From a virus (Duplodnaviria; Caudoviricetes), in the IMG/VR virus record IMGVR_UViG_3300010362_000048, positions 1 to 40,668 of that record: a stretch of 40,668 nt of DNA. The stretch is one strand, 5' to 3'. Under the pieces are notes generated by a model, which searched no databases, had not been told where the DNA came from, and was given only the letters and a program-made list of their open reading frames with translations. Position 1 is the first letter of the stretch. Every line of letters starts with the position of its first letter. The position numbers and the translations under genes were made by a program. Shown here piece after piece: positions 19,678-27,589 of the stretch.

Positions 19678-19968
19678 CTACAGCGCGCCCACGGGGCGGC
19701 CCTCGGTCACCGGCCCGTGATACAGCGCGAAGGCGCGCGAGAAGTAGTCGTCGATCATGACCGTCTGCGCGCCGGTGTACGGGTCGGTGACCACCCAGTC
19801 CGTGTCCTGCACCGGCTGCGACATGCCGGGCCCCATCGGCAACACCGCCTGTCCGTCCTCGATCACGATGCCCGGCGGCAACGGGGTCATCCCGGTCGTG
19901 TACTGCACGGCGGCGACGATCGGCGGTTTCCGTTCGTAGTAGGTGACGGCCGGCTCTTCGGTGGTCAT
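19678..19968 (-). CDS. Conserved small phage protein (96 aa)
   Basis: RKP.IV.AVQY...DWVV.......F...F pattern, common in phage hypothetical proteins. Confidence 0.7.
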   Translation of the reverse strand: MTTEEPAVTYYERKPPIVAAVQYTTGMTPLPPGIVIEDGQAVLPMGPGMSQPVQDTDWVVTDPYTGAQTVMIDDYFSRAFALYHGPVTEGRPVGAL

Positions 19969-22325
19969 GCGCCTCCTTCAGACGACGCCTGCGCCGCCTG
20001 CTGCTGCTGGCCCTGCTGGAACTGCTGATCCTGTTGCGCCTGCCCGTGCAGATACTGGAACTGGTCCTGCGCCTGTCCCTGCGCGTACTGGTCGGCGTCC
20101 TGCGACTGGCCCTGGTCGAACTGCTGCTGCTGTTGCGCCTGCCCCTGCTGAAACTGCTGCTGCTGGAGGTCCTGCGCGGTCATCGCTTCGTGATGCGCGA
20201 GCGATTCGGTGACGGCGTCGTGCCGCTGCTGCGTGAGTTGCCGCAAGCTCTCGATCTGTTCGCTGAAGAGCAGCTGCGCGTTGTCGCTCTTCAGTTTCGC
20301 GTCGGTCGTCATCAGCTGGATCTGCGCGTTGAGATAGGCAATCTGCTCGCGGCTCGCGCGGTCGGCCGCCGCGATGCGCTCGCGCGCCGCGACGTCGGCG
20401 AGTTTCGCTTGCTGCCCGCTCTGCAGCTGCTGGTTCTCCTGCCCGAGCTGCTGGACCTGCATCTGCAATTGCATCAGCTGCTGTTGCACGGCCGGCGGCA
20501 CCGGCGGCCCGCCGCCCTCGGGCTGGTCCTGCAGCGGCGGCGGCAACATCTTCTTCAATCGCTCGCTGATCTCCTGCGCGCCCGGCCAGTCCATGTTCTT
20601 GGTGAGCAGGTCCCCAACGAGCGGGAAGGCCGGCGGATAGGCGCGCACATACTCGACCATGGCCGCCGCGGCTTCCTGCCGGCGCGACTGATAGCTCGGG
20701 CCGCTCGTCACGGTGACGTCATACCGGCCGGCACTCAGATCGAAGATGCCCTTGAGGCCCTGCGCCGCGGTGTAGCTCGCCTCGTCCATCCCGCCGAGGT
20801 CGGGCGGGTTCCCGCTGTGGACCATCACTTTTTTCGGTTGGTTGTCGAGGCCGGTGATGCGGATGATCTGCGGCATCTCGTAGACGATCGGCACCCACTC
20901 GACGAGCAGCCGGCCGAGCGAGCGGATCGCGCGACTGACGTTGTCGAGGAAGTTGACGTTGCCCTGCTGCGCCTGCGCCTGGCGGGCCAGAATCGCGCGG
21001 CCGCTCTGCTGCTGCGGCTCCTGCTCGGCGCCGTGGACGTCCATGAAGCCCATCACCGCGCGCAGGTTGTTCTCGGCGCGCTGCGCGGCGACGACCGACG
21101 CCTGAATCGGCGGCTCGATCGCGTTGCGCTGCGGCGGCGGCATCAGCTGCCCTTCGATGATGCGCGGCTTGTAGATGAGGCGCGCCCAGTTGCGGTTGTT
21201 CGCCGTCTTCCAGAGGTCCTCGTAGCCCTCGTCCTGCCCCTCCGCCATGATGAACGGCGCGCGCGGCCCGAGCCCGATCTGCTCGACGATCGCCGACTCC
21301 ATCGCGTTGTCAATCTTCTGCGGGTCCTTCGCGTCACGCACGATGCCGCGGTAGTCGGTGCGGCCCACCTCGTCGAGCGACTCGTCGCCGGTCACCGGGA
21401 TGATCGGAATACGTGTGCCCGGCACCGTCGTCTCTTCGAGCACGTCGAACGCCGTCATGAGGTACCAGTGCACCGTGCGCGTGCGCACGACGCGCGTGCG
21501 CTCCGGCGTCAGGCCCGCGGGCCACTGGTCCTTGGGCACCGTCTGCCCGTTGAAGAGGCCGAGCGTCGTCTCCTCTTCCTCGACCGTAAAGTACTCGGCG
21601 ACGCGGATCTTGTTCTCGGGATACCAGTCGTTGGACGTGTCGCCGAGCGACGCCCACAGCTCGCTGCCGGCCGTCGACGCTTGCGCATCCGGCCAGCGGT
21701 CGCGGAAGTCGTCGGGCTCGAAGTCCGCCGTGATGAACGCGTCGCGCATGTCCCGCTTGTCCCACTCGGTGGCGTTGGGGTCGAGGTAGACCGTGAAGCG
21801 GTTGAAGATGCGCGCGATGCGGATCTGCTGCTGGAAGCTCGCCTCGTCGGCGTACTCGGTGTAGACGCGGATGAAGCCCTGGCCGATGCGCGCCGCGCTC
21901 TCGCCCGCGGTCTCGTAGGCGATCGGCGCGTCACTCGACGTCTCGATGTTGCGGATGATGCCCTGAAAGACTTCGGCCGTCGCGACGTCCGCGAGGTCAT
22001 CCACCGGGTTGATCGTGATCGCCGGCGGGTTGTTGCGCTGCTCGTTGCTGATCTGTTTGACGCCGGTGTGAATGCGGTTGATCGTCAGGCACGGCCGGCG
22101 GTCGGCTTCGCGCTGCCGGCGCAGCTCCTTGTCCCACTGGTCGGAGGCGTCGAACTTCTGATCGTCAATCTGGCGCTTGCGCACCGGGTTCTCGGCCTCG
22201 GCCATGAGGCGGAACCGCTTGCGCGCTTTTTCGAGGAGCTTGCGCGTCGCGGCGGCGCTGCGTTTCTTGGGTTCGGGCTGGCGCGGCGGCGCGCCCGGCG
22301 GGTCCTGCCGCGGCACTTCCGCCAT
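19965..22325 (-). CDS. Portal protein (P22 gp1 family)
   Basis: D.KF....QW.......R....RPCLTINRI, GIVRDAKDPQ...N, SGRAILARQ.Q, G.YDVTV.SGPSY.SRRQE and KNMDWPGA.EI..RL. Confidence 0.93.
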   Translation of the reverse strand: MAEVPRQDPPGAPPRQPEPKKRSAAATRKLLEKARKRFRLMAEAENPVRKRQIDDQKFDASDQWDKELRRQREADRRPCLTINRIHTGVKQISNEQRNNPPAITINPVDDLADVATAEVFQGIIRNIETSSDAPIAYETAGESAARIGQGFIRVYTEYADEASFQQQIRIARIFNRFTVYLDPNATEWDKRDMRDAFITADFEPDDFRDRWPDAQASTAGSELWASLGDTSNDWYPENKIRVAEYFTVEEEETTLGLFNGQTVPKDQWPAGLTPERTRVVRTRTVHWYLMTAFDVLEETTVPGTRIPIIPVTGDESLDEVGRTDYRGIVRDAKDPQKIDNAMESAIVEQIGLGPRAPFIMAEGQDEGYEDLWKTANNRNWARLIYKPRIIEGQLMPPPQRNAIEPPIQASVVAAQRAENNLRAVMGFMDVHGAEQEPQQQSGRAILARQAQAQQGNVNFLDNVSRAIRSLGRLLVEWVPIVYEMPQIIRITGLDNQPKKVMVHSGNPPDLGGMDEASYTAAQGLKGIFDLSAGRYDVTVTSGPSYQSRRQEAAAAMVEYVRAYPPAFPLVGDLLTKNMDWPGAQEISERLKKMLPPPLQDQPEGGGPPVPPAVQQQLMQLQMQVQQLGQENQQLQSGQQAKLADVAARERIAAADRASREQIAYLNAQIQLMTTDAKLKSDNAQLLFSEQIESLRQLTQQRHDAVTESLAHHEAMTAQDLQQQQFQQGQAQQQQQFDQGQSQDADQYAQGQAQDQFQYLHGQAQQDQQFQQGQQQQAAQASSEGGA

Positions 22326-22558
22326 CAGCGGGCGCCCCAGCGGTCAGGCAGGCACGACCAGCCGCAGATGCCGAGCCGGCAGCTCTCCGCCGTGAGCAGC
22401 TTCACGGGCTGGCGGTCGGCGCAGATCATGTCCTGCGGCGGATGCAGCGCGCGGATCGCAATCCGCTGTTCCACTTCCCCGCTCGCGCAGCTCGACACCA
22501 GCGCCGCGAGCATCACCGCACAACCGGCACGTAGCCGACGAACAACCGCAGCAGCCAC
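22325..22558 (-). CDS. Small Cys-rich lipoprotein (possible spanin-like)
   Basis: From the GTG at 22558: AAAVVRRLRAGCAVMLAALVSS-C lipobox-like signal. Overlaps the upstream membrane gene. Alternative start at 22513. Confidence 0.45.
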   Translation of the reverse strand: MAAAVVRRLRAGCAVMLAALVSSCASGEVEQRIAIRALHPPQDMICADRQPVKLLTAESCRLGICGWSCLPDRWGAR

Positions 22559-22689
22559 AGGATGAGCACCAGCACCACGACGATGATCAGGATGCGTTTG
22601 ATGGGCTCGGGCATCGGCACGTAGGTGGCGACCGCCCACGTCAAGAGGCCCACGAGCGTGATCACGACGATGAGGGAGACCAGATCCAT
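22513..22689 (-). CDS. Two-TM small membrane protein (Thivi_2564-like; possible holin)
   Basis: MDLVSLIVVITLVGLLTWAV...PMPEPIKRILIIVVVLVLILWLL; GGGAGG RBS. Confidence 0.75.
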   Translation of the reverse strand: MDLVSLIVVITLVGLLTWAVATYVPMPEPIKRILIIVVVLVLILWLLRLFVGYVPVVR

Positions 22690-22700
22690 GCGCCCTCCCG

Positions 22701-22889
22701 CTAGCTGGGTTCGTCGGTTTGCCGGGTCCAGAACTTGGCGTGCCCGCGCCAGTCGCAGCCGGCGCACTCGACCGCAATCCATGCGACCGCGGGCTTCAGC
22801 AGCTCGGGCTCGACCTTAGGCGGGGGCACGAGCCGCCACCCGCACTTCGGGCAGTGCGGCTCCTGCTTGGTGACGGCGGTCTCGGGCAT
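22701..22889 (-). CDS. Zinc-ribbon protein (62 aa)
   Basis: CPKC...CAGC. The ATG directly follows the terminator U-tract. Confidence 0.6.
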   Translation of the reverse strand: MPETAVTKQEPHCPKCGWRLVPPPKVEPELLKPAVAWIAVECAGCDWRGHAKFWTRQTDEPS

Positions 22890-22931
22890 AAAAAAAGGGC
22901 GACGGTCGGCGTCTCGGCCAACCATCGCCCC
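22890..22931 (-). terminator. Intrinsic terminator in late leader
   Basis: Minus strand GGGCGATGGTTGGC-CGAGAC-GCCGACCGTCGCCC-TTTTTTT. Confidence 0.8.
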
Positions 22932-23011
22932 GTCGATGGCGTTCGATTGTCGGGTGCCCGGCGGTAGCTCGCCTCGCACGCCGGCGTGACAGGTTAGGTC
23001 ACGCGCTGGTC

Positions 23012-23040
23012 AGTATCGGCGCCGGGTGCCGGCGCGTCAA
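23012..23040 (-). promoter_or_regulatory. Putative late promoter
   Basis: TTGACG-N17-GATACT. Confidence 0.6.
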
Positions 23041-23303
23041 GTTTTCCGGCGGTGCAGCTCCGCGGTGACAAGCGCCACCCGCGCGTCGCAGAAGGCGCGC
23101 GAGCGAACGCTGGTGACGTGCGCACGGTCAGTGAGAAACGCCACTCGCAGTCGGCGCAGCTCATCGCTCGTCATCGTGGCGTACAGGTCGGCCGCCTGCG
23201 CCTCGCTCGCGGCGCTCTCTTGCCAGCCGTGCGCGTCGGCTGGCTCGTCGCAGGTCAGACACTCGCCGTTGTGATCCGGCCGGTAGTGGTCGCACGCCAT
23301 CAT
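23037..23303 (-). CDS. Hypothetical protein with Cys/His N-terminus (88 aa)
   Basis: MMACDHY...ECLTCDE...H; coupled start. Confidence 0.6.
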   Translation of the reverse strand: MMACDHYRPDHNGECLTCDEPADAHGWQESAASEAQAADLYATMTSDELRRLRVAFLTDRAHVTSVRSRAFCDARVALVTAELHRRKT

Positions 23304-23584
23304 GATTCCTCGATCGGGAGCGGCTGGATGCCGGCACACTGCATACAGATTTTCGGCGTGGCCGGCGGCACGGTCGCCAGCCGCGCGGGATTGAACACGA
23401 TCGCGCACCCGCACCGGCTGCACGCGGTTACCGCGCCGCCCTCGGGCATCCCGTGCGGAAAGTCACGCAGGCGCCGGCAGACCCAGTGGTCGGGTGGGCC
23501 GTCCGCGGCCGACGCGTCTTCGAGCGGTCCCTCCAGCGTGCGTCGACCATAGAAGCGGCCGCCGTGGACGAACTTCTTGCTCAC
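23300..23584 (-). CDS. Zinc-finger hypothetical protein (94 aa)
   Basis: CSRC...CMQC; GTGA overlap with the RHH gene. Confidence 0.6.
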   Translation of the reverse strand: MSKKFVHGGRFYGRRTLEGPLEDASAADGPPDHWVCRRLRDFPHGMPEGGAVTACSRCGCAIVFNPARLATVPPATPKICMQCAGIQPLPIEES

Positions 23585-23766
23585 GCCGCCCGCTCCGCGC
23601 GGTCGAGCCACTCGCGCAGCAGCTGCAGGATGAGCGCGCGCAGGCTGACGCCCTCGCGTTTCGCCTTCGCGCGCACCGCCACCCACATCCCGGCCGGGAT
23701 GGCGTCGAGCAGATACCGTTTGCCGCGGCCGCGCGGCGTGAACGTCCGGTTGTAGCCGCGCGTCAT
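23581..23766 (-). CDS. Ribbon-helix-helix (Arc/Mnt-like) regulator
   Basis: RYLLDAIPAGMWVAVRAKAKREGVSLRALILQLLREW fits the RHH beta-alpha-alpha pattern. Confidence 0.75.
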   Translation of the reverse strand: MTRGYNRTFTPRGRGKRYLLDAIPAGMWVAVRAKAKREGVSLRALILQLLREWLDRAERAA

Positions 23767-23837
23767 TTCGGCACCAATGTGTCGCGCACGGCGAGGTAAA
23801 TGATCACCAGCCACACGAACACTTCAAAGCGGCTCAC
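23763..23837 (-). CDS. Putative 24-aa membrane peptide
   Basis: GGAGG RBS, GTG start, SRFEVFVWLVIIYLAVRDTLVPK; 4-bp overlaps on both sides. Confidence 0.5.
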   Translation of the reverse strand: MSRFEVFVWLVIIYLAVRDTLVPK

Positions 23838-24352
23838 TGGTCCTCCTCCATGGCGTCCCAGCACCACGCCCACGCGCCGACCGCGTAGACGTGCTTCGGG
23901 CCCTCCGGCGTCTCGATGACCGCGCCCTCGTAGCGTTCCTGTCCGTCGGTCGCGCCCTCGAACTCGATCACGACGGCGTCGGTCTCGTCGTCGAACCACG
24001 CGGCCACGCCGTGCGGCGTCACGGCGTTTTGCGCCTCGATGAGCGCGCGCGCTTCGGCCCGCTCGAAGTGCGGCGTCTGCCAGCCGTTCCACGTCTCGCC
24101 GTGCGTCCAGCCCACGACGCCGGCGCCGTAGTAATCCTCGATGTTGAAGCGCCGGCGCACCCAGTGGTCCGTGTTCTGCGCCGCGACCGAGATGCAGCGG
24201 CCCTCGCGGCCGCAGAATGTCTCGCGGCCGCAGATGGGACAAGGACGCAACCGGCCGCCGCAGCGCACGTCGTGCAGATGCTCGACGCGGCCGTCGGCGT
24301 AGGTGCGCGTGAGGTGGGGCGTGACGGTCGGACAACGCACGGCGGCCGTCAC
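23834..24352 (-). CDS. Hypothetical protein with WNGW.TP.F motif
   Basis: N-terminal Cys cluster; GETWNGWQTPHF...Y.VGAWAWCW. Confidence 0.7.
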   Translation of the reverse strand: MTAAVRCPTVTPHLTRTYADGRVEHLHDVRCGGRLRPCPICGRETFCGREGRCISVAAQNTDHWVRRRFNIEDYYGAGVVGWTHGETWNGWQTPHFERAEARALIEAQNAVTPHGVAAWFDDETDAVVIEFEGATDGQERYEGAVIETPEGPKHVYAVGAWAWCWDAMEEDQ

Positions 24353-24579
24353 TGGTCACCGCCATTCCGCCGACGCAGATCCGCCCGCAGCGCGCGCAGC
24401 TCGTTCCCCTGCTCCAGCACGAGACCCTCCAGCCGATGCACGGTCTCGCGCAGGTCGTCGGTCTCGCCCTGTGCGTCGAGCGCCGCCTGTGCCGCCTTGG
24501 TGAAGCCGGCGACCGCCTGCGTCAGGCCCTCGCCCGCTTCCCGCAGGCCTTCAAAGAGTTTGCGAAAATCATTCGTCAT
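24349..24579 (-). CDS. Coiled-coil hypothetical protein (76 aa)
   Basis: MTNDFRKLF...; first gene after operator cassette 1. Confidence 0.7.
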   Translation of the reverse strand: MTNDFRKLFEGLREAGEGLTQAVAGFTKAAQAALDAQGETDDLRETVHRLEGLVLEQGNELRALRADLRRRNGGDQ

Positions 24580-24583
24580 GGGT

Positions 24584-24650
24584 GGCCGCCTCCATCGCGG
24601 CTGAGACAAGGATACCACAATCCTAGGATTGTGCGGGGCCTAGGATTGTG
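24584..24650 (-). promoter_or_regulatory. Operator / extended -10 / RBS-hairpin cassette 1
   Basis: Perfect palindrome CACAATCCTAGGATTGTG (24616-24633), extra partial site 24639-24650, TG-G-TATCCT and GCCGC-GATGGAG-GCGGC. Confidence 0.8.
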
Positions 24651-24659
24651 GCGTGGGAC

Positions 24660-24902
24660 TTACAACTCGCCGCCGCCGCTGTAGTGGCCGGCCAGCGCCT
24701 TCAGATTGCGTCGCTCGGCCTTCACCTCGCGGTCGAGGCGCCGCAGCTCGACCCGCAGCTTGCGCCGGCGCTGCAGCAGCCGTTCGAGCGTGCGGGCGGT
24801 CGCGACCAGCTCGTTGGGCTGCATCGCCTGCCGCCCGGTCTTCGCGCGCGAGGCTTCCGCCACCTCGCCCGCGAGCCCCTTGACGTGGCCCTTGCGTCTC
24901 AT
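24660..24902 (-). CDS. Basic coiled-coil hypothetical protein (80 aa)
   Basis: GGGAGGGG RBS; ATGA overlap. Confidence 0.6.
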   Translation of the reverse strand: MRRKGHVKGLAGEVAEASRAKTGRQAMQPNELVATARTLERLLQRRRKLRVELRRLDREVKAERRNLKALAGHYSGGGEL

Positions 24903-25216
24903 CGGTCCCCTCCCGTCGCGAGCCAGCGGTCGACGATCGCCGTCGCCTCGTTGATCAGGTCCATGACCTCGTTGGAGCTGAGGTCCCAGCGGACGTCGTC
25001 GTCGAGACCGCCGTAGAGGTTCGCGTCCACGTAGTCGTGCAGCGCCGCAAAACTGCCGACGGCCGCCGGGATGGTCCCGGCGGCGATGTCGGCGCGGATG
25101 CCGGTCTTCATCAGCTCCGCGAGGCCTTCGGCGCACTGATGGTCGCCCTGCTGCCACGCGAGCATCTCGGAGCCGCAGTGCGGGCAGGTGTGCATCGTGT
25201 CGTCAGTGTGCGTCAC
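24899..25216 (-). CDS. Hypothetical protein (105 aa)
   Basis: CPHC plus GSFAALHDYVDANLYGG. Confidence 0.65.
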   Translation of the reverse strand: MTHTDDTMHTCPHCGSEMLAWQQGDHQCAEGLAELMKTGIRADIAAGTIPAAVGSFAALHDYVDANLYGGLDDDVRWDLSSNEVMDLINEATAIVDRWLATGGDR

Positions 25217-25418
25217 AGTGGGCCTCCCGTCGTCCGAGGAACGCAAACGTCGCGCGGTCCATGCGCAGGTCCTCGCGGACGGTGAGCGGCGTCACGACGA
25301 GCTGCCACCGTTCCCCGCAGTGGCGGCACGTGCGACGGACCACTTGCGTCGCGACGCCGGCCGGCTCGATGCCGGCCAGTTTTGACGCGCACGAGGGACA
25401 GGTAAAGTGCAGCATCAT
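25203..25418 (-). CDS. Com-like zinc-ribbon protein
   Basis: FTCPSCASKLA...VRRTCRHCGERW, similar in spacing to Mu Com. Confidence 0.55.
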   Translation of the reverse strand: MMLHFTCPSCASKLAGIEPAGVATQVVRRTCRHCGERWQLVVTPLTVREDLRMDRATFAFLGRREAHCDAH

Positions 25419-25627
25419 CGGTCCCCTCCGGCGCTGGCGAGCTTGCGATCAGTGGACGGGGTGCGCAGGTCCTCGGCCATCTGCGCGTCGTGGTCCTCCG
25501 CGCACCCGACGCAGCAGTAGCGCGTGCCGGCGCCAAAGACCACGTGCGGGCCGAGCCGCTCGCGGCAGAAGCTGCAGTAGGGCATCAGGAGCAGGGCGAT
25601 CAGGTCGTCGGTCGGGGTGTGTGCCAT
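25415..25627 (-). CDS. Zinc-finger hypothetical protein (70 aa)
   Basis: CSFC...YCCVGC (TRASH-like); first gene after cassette 2. Confidence 0.6.
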   Translation of the reverse strand: MAHTPTDDLIALLLMPYCSFCRERLGPHVVFGAGTRYCCVGCAEDHDAQMAEDLRTPSTDRKLASAGGDR

Positions 25628-25631
25628 GTGT

Positions 25632-25721
25632 GGCCGCCTCCATCGCGGCTCGGTTGTCGACCGGCGTGTGCGGCGCCGACCGACCACTCGAGTGTAGCAC
25701 ACAATCCTATGATTGTGTCAA
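25632..25721 (-). promoter_or_regulatory. Operator / promoter / RBS-hairpin cassette 2
   Basis: TTGACA-N19-TACACT with the near-perfect palindrome (25700-25717) in the spacer. Identical 18-nt RBS hairpin at 25632-25649. Confidence 0.8.
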
Positions 25722-25725
25722 CCGC

Positions 25726-26256
25726 TCATTTCCAGAGCTGGTAGAGCGCGGCCACTTCGAGCCGCAGCGCGTCCACCTTCGCTTCGGTGCGCGCCTGCCG
25801 CTCCTCCAGTTTGCCGAGGAGATCGAGCTTGGCGAGGAGGCCGCCATAGACCCACCCGCTGGCTTCGATGGACGTCGGGGGCGCGGGCGTCGGCTCGGCC
25901 GGCGCCGGCGGCGGCGGGGGCGGTTGCGGCGGCGCCGGCTTCGGTTTTGGCTTGGGCTTCGCCACGGCGGGCGCCGCCTGGTGGACCGGCAGGGCGACCT
26001 GCTGCGGGATGCCGTGCAGGCGGTTGCAGAGGTCCTCCATGAAGTACTTCGAGAACCGTTCGTGCCGGCAGCCGTTCAGCTCCAGCTTGACCCGCGAGAC
26101 CTGCTTCGAGTCGAACGCCGCGTAGTGTTTGCTCGCCCGCGGGTCGTGCGGCTTCAGGTCCTGCAGCGCCCCGCCCGCGGCGAGCGTGTGAACCTTCGAG
26201 AGCGGGAGACGGAGTCGTCGAGCGGCCTCCGCGGCGGTGATCGTGCGATTCATCAT
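25726..26256 (-). CDS. HTH (excisionase/MerR-like N-terminus) protein with Pro-rich linker and coiled-coil end
   Basis: ITAAEAARRLRLPLSKVHTL...G.L. Confidence 0.65.
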   Translation of the reverse strand: MMNRTITAAEAARRLRLPLSKVHTLAAGGALQDLKPHDPRASKHYAAFDSKQVSRVKLELNGCRHERFSKYFMEDLCNRLHGIPQQVALPVHQAAPAVAKPKPKPKPAPPQPPPPPPAPAEPTPAPPTSIEASGWVYGGLLAKLDLLGKLEERQARTEAKVDALRLEVAALYQLWK

Positions 26257-26275
26257 GGGCCTCCATCAGCCTCGG

Positions 26276-27586
26276 TCAGGGGGTATTCCCCTCGTAGGTC
26301 CCGCTGGTCACGTAACGCGTCCACGCCGCCGACCCCGCCGCCACGCCGTCCCCGCCAACCGTGCCGTACTTGACCGGATTCGGGAAGGCGTTGTCGACGA
26401 CGTCGACGTCGACGCACGGCGTCGAGTAGAAGTAGAGCCCGTAGCCCATGTGGGCGGACGGCGCGAAGTGGTTGTCGGCGATGACCAGCTGCTGAATGCC
26501 GGCGCCGAGCAGGATCGTCTTGTTACTGCCGGGGCCGCGCGTGCTGCCGTAGGTGACGCAATCGACATCCTCGAAGACGTTGTCGCGGATCTCCACGTGG
26601 TGCATCACGCCGCTCGGGTTCGGATAGTCGGTCCCGAGCAGGTTCATGCCGGTGCAGACGTGGCGGATGGTGTTGTCGGCGAAGAGGACGTCGGCGACGG
26701 TCGCCCACGGATTGCTGCCGCCCTGGTTGCGCGGCGTGAACACGATCGCATAGCCGTCCTGCCCGTCGGCCCAGCAGTGCTCCAGCGTGTTGCCGGTCAC
26801 GCGCGCGCCGATGCAGTTCTTCAGCTCGAAGAGGTTCTTGACGGCGAGGCCGGCGTTGCGCCACTCGGGCCGCTTCGTCAGCGTCGAGCCGGTCATCGTG
26901 AACCCGGCCGGCTGGCGTGCCTCGTTCTGGGCGTCGCTCCCGCCAATCATCACCACCTCGCTCGCGGCGGCGAGCCAGCAGTCCTCAATCGTGAGCTGGA
27001 TCGTGTTATCCCAGCCGCAGACGGCCTGTGAGTCCTGTCCCTTCGCGAAGCAGTAGTCGACGAGGCAGTTGCGGAGGGTGATGCGCGGGGCGTTGGCGGC
27101 GAGGCCGCGCTTGTTGCCGCGCACCGGGTCGCCGAGGATGCGACAGGACGCGAGCGTGATGGTGTCACCGGTCAGGGTGACCACGTCGGTCGCGTCCTGC
27201 GTCTTGCGGATCTCCAGCCCGAGCAGGGTCACGTGCGTGCCGGTGACGGTGAGGCCGCCGGCGAGGGTCGGCATGGGCATGGTCGAGGGCTGCGGGCCCA
27301 CGTCCTCGGCGCCGATGAGCGTGATCCCTTTGCTGATCGTGATCGGGCCGGGCTCGACGAGGGCGCAGTCGAGCCAGAGCGTGGCGCCGACGGCCGCGGC
27401 GTTGATCGCGTCCTGCAGGTGATCGGTGACGAGATCATGCGGCGGGTCCGGTGGCCGCGGCTCGGTGCGGATCACGGCCTCGACGATGGCGCGCGCCTGC
27501 GCCACGGCGTCATTCGCCTGCAAGTTTTCGTCGGCCGCGCTCAACTGCCCCGCGATGAGCGCGACGGTGTGGTCGTAGTCGGTCAT
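26276..27586 (-). CDS. Pectin-lyase-like right-handed beta-helix protein
   Basis: LQDAINAA..GAT, repeated I.NC / I.GN / I.DN strands, LFELKN and AIVFTPRNQ.G..PW..V.DV.F..N.IR. Confidence 0.8.
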   Translation of the reverse strand: MTDYDHTVALIAGQLSAADENLQANDAVAQARAIVEAVIRTEPRPPDPPHDLVTDHLQDAINAAAVGATLWLDCALVEPGPITISKGITLIGAEDVGPQPSTMPMPTLAGGLTVTGTHVTLLGLEIRKTQDATDVVTLTGDTITLASCRILGDPVRGNKRGLAANAPRITLRNCLVDYCFAKGQDSQAVCGWDNTIQLTIEDCWLAAASEVVMIGGSDAQNEARQPAGFTMTGSTLTKRPEWRNAGLAVKNLFELKNCIGARVTGNTLEHCWADGQDGYAIVFTPRNQGGSNPWATVADVLFADNTIRHVCTGMNLLGTDYPNPSGVMHHVEIRDNVFEDVDCVTYGSTRGPGSNKTILLGAGIQQLVIADNHFAPSAHMGYGLYFYSTPCVDVDVVDNAFPNPVKYGTVGGDGVAAGSAAWTRYVTSGTYEGNTP

Positions 27587-27589
27587 GGT

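Noticed and set aside
17210-22565. Long + strand ORFs (17210..19504 and 20034..22565; likewise 9215..11371 and 32417..34588)
   Set aside because: They are antisense shadows of well-supported minus-strand genes in high-GC DNA, with Arg/Gly-rich composition and no motifs.
22960-22967. GGCGGTAG as an RfaH ops element
   Set aside because: It is on the wrong strand for the late transcript and is better explained as the AGCTAC hairpin of the leader.
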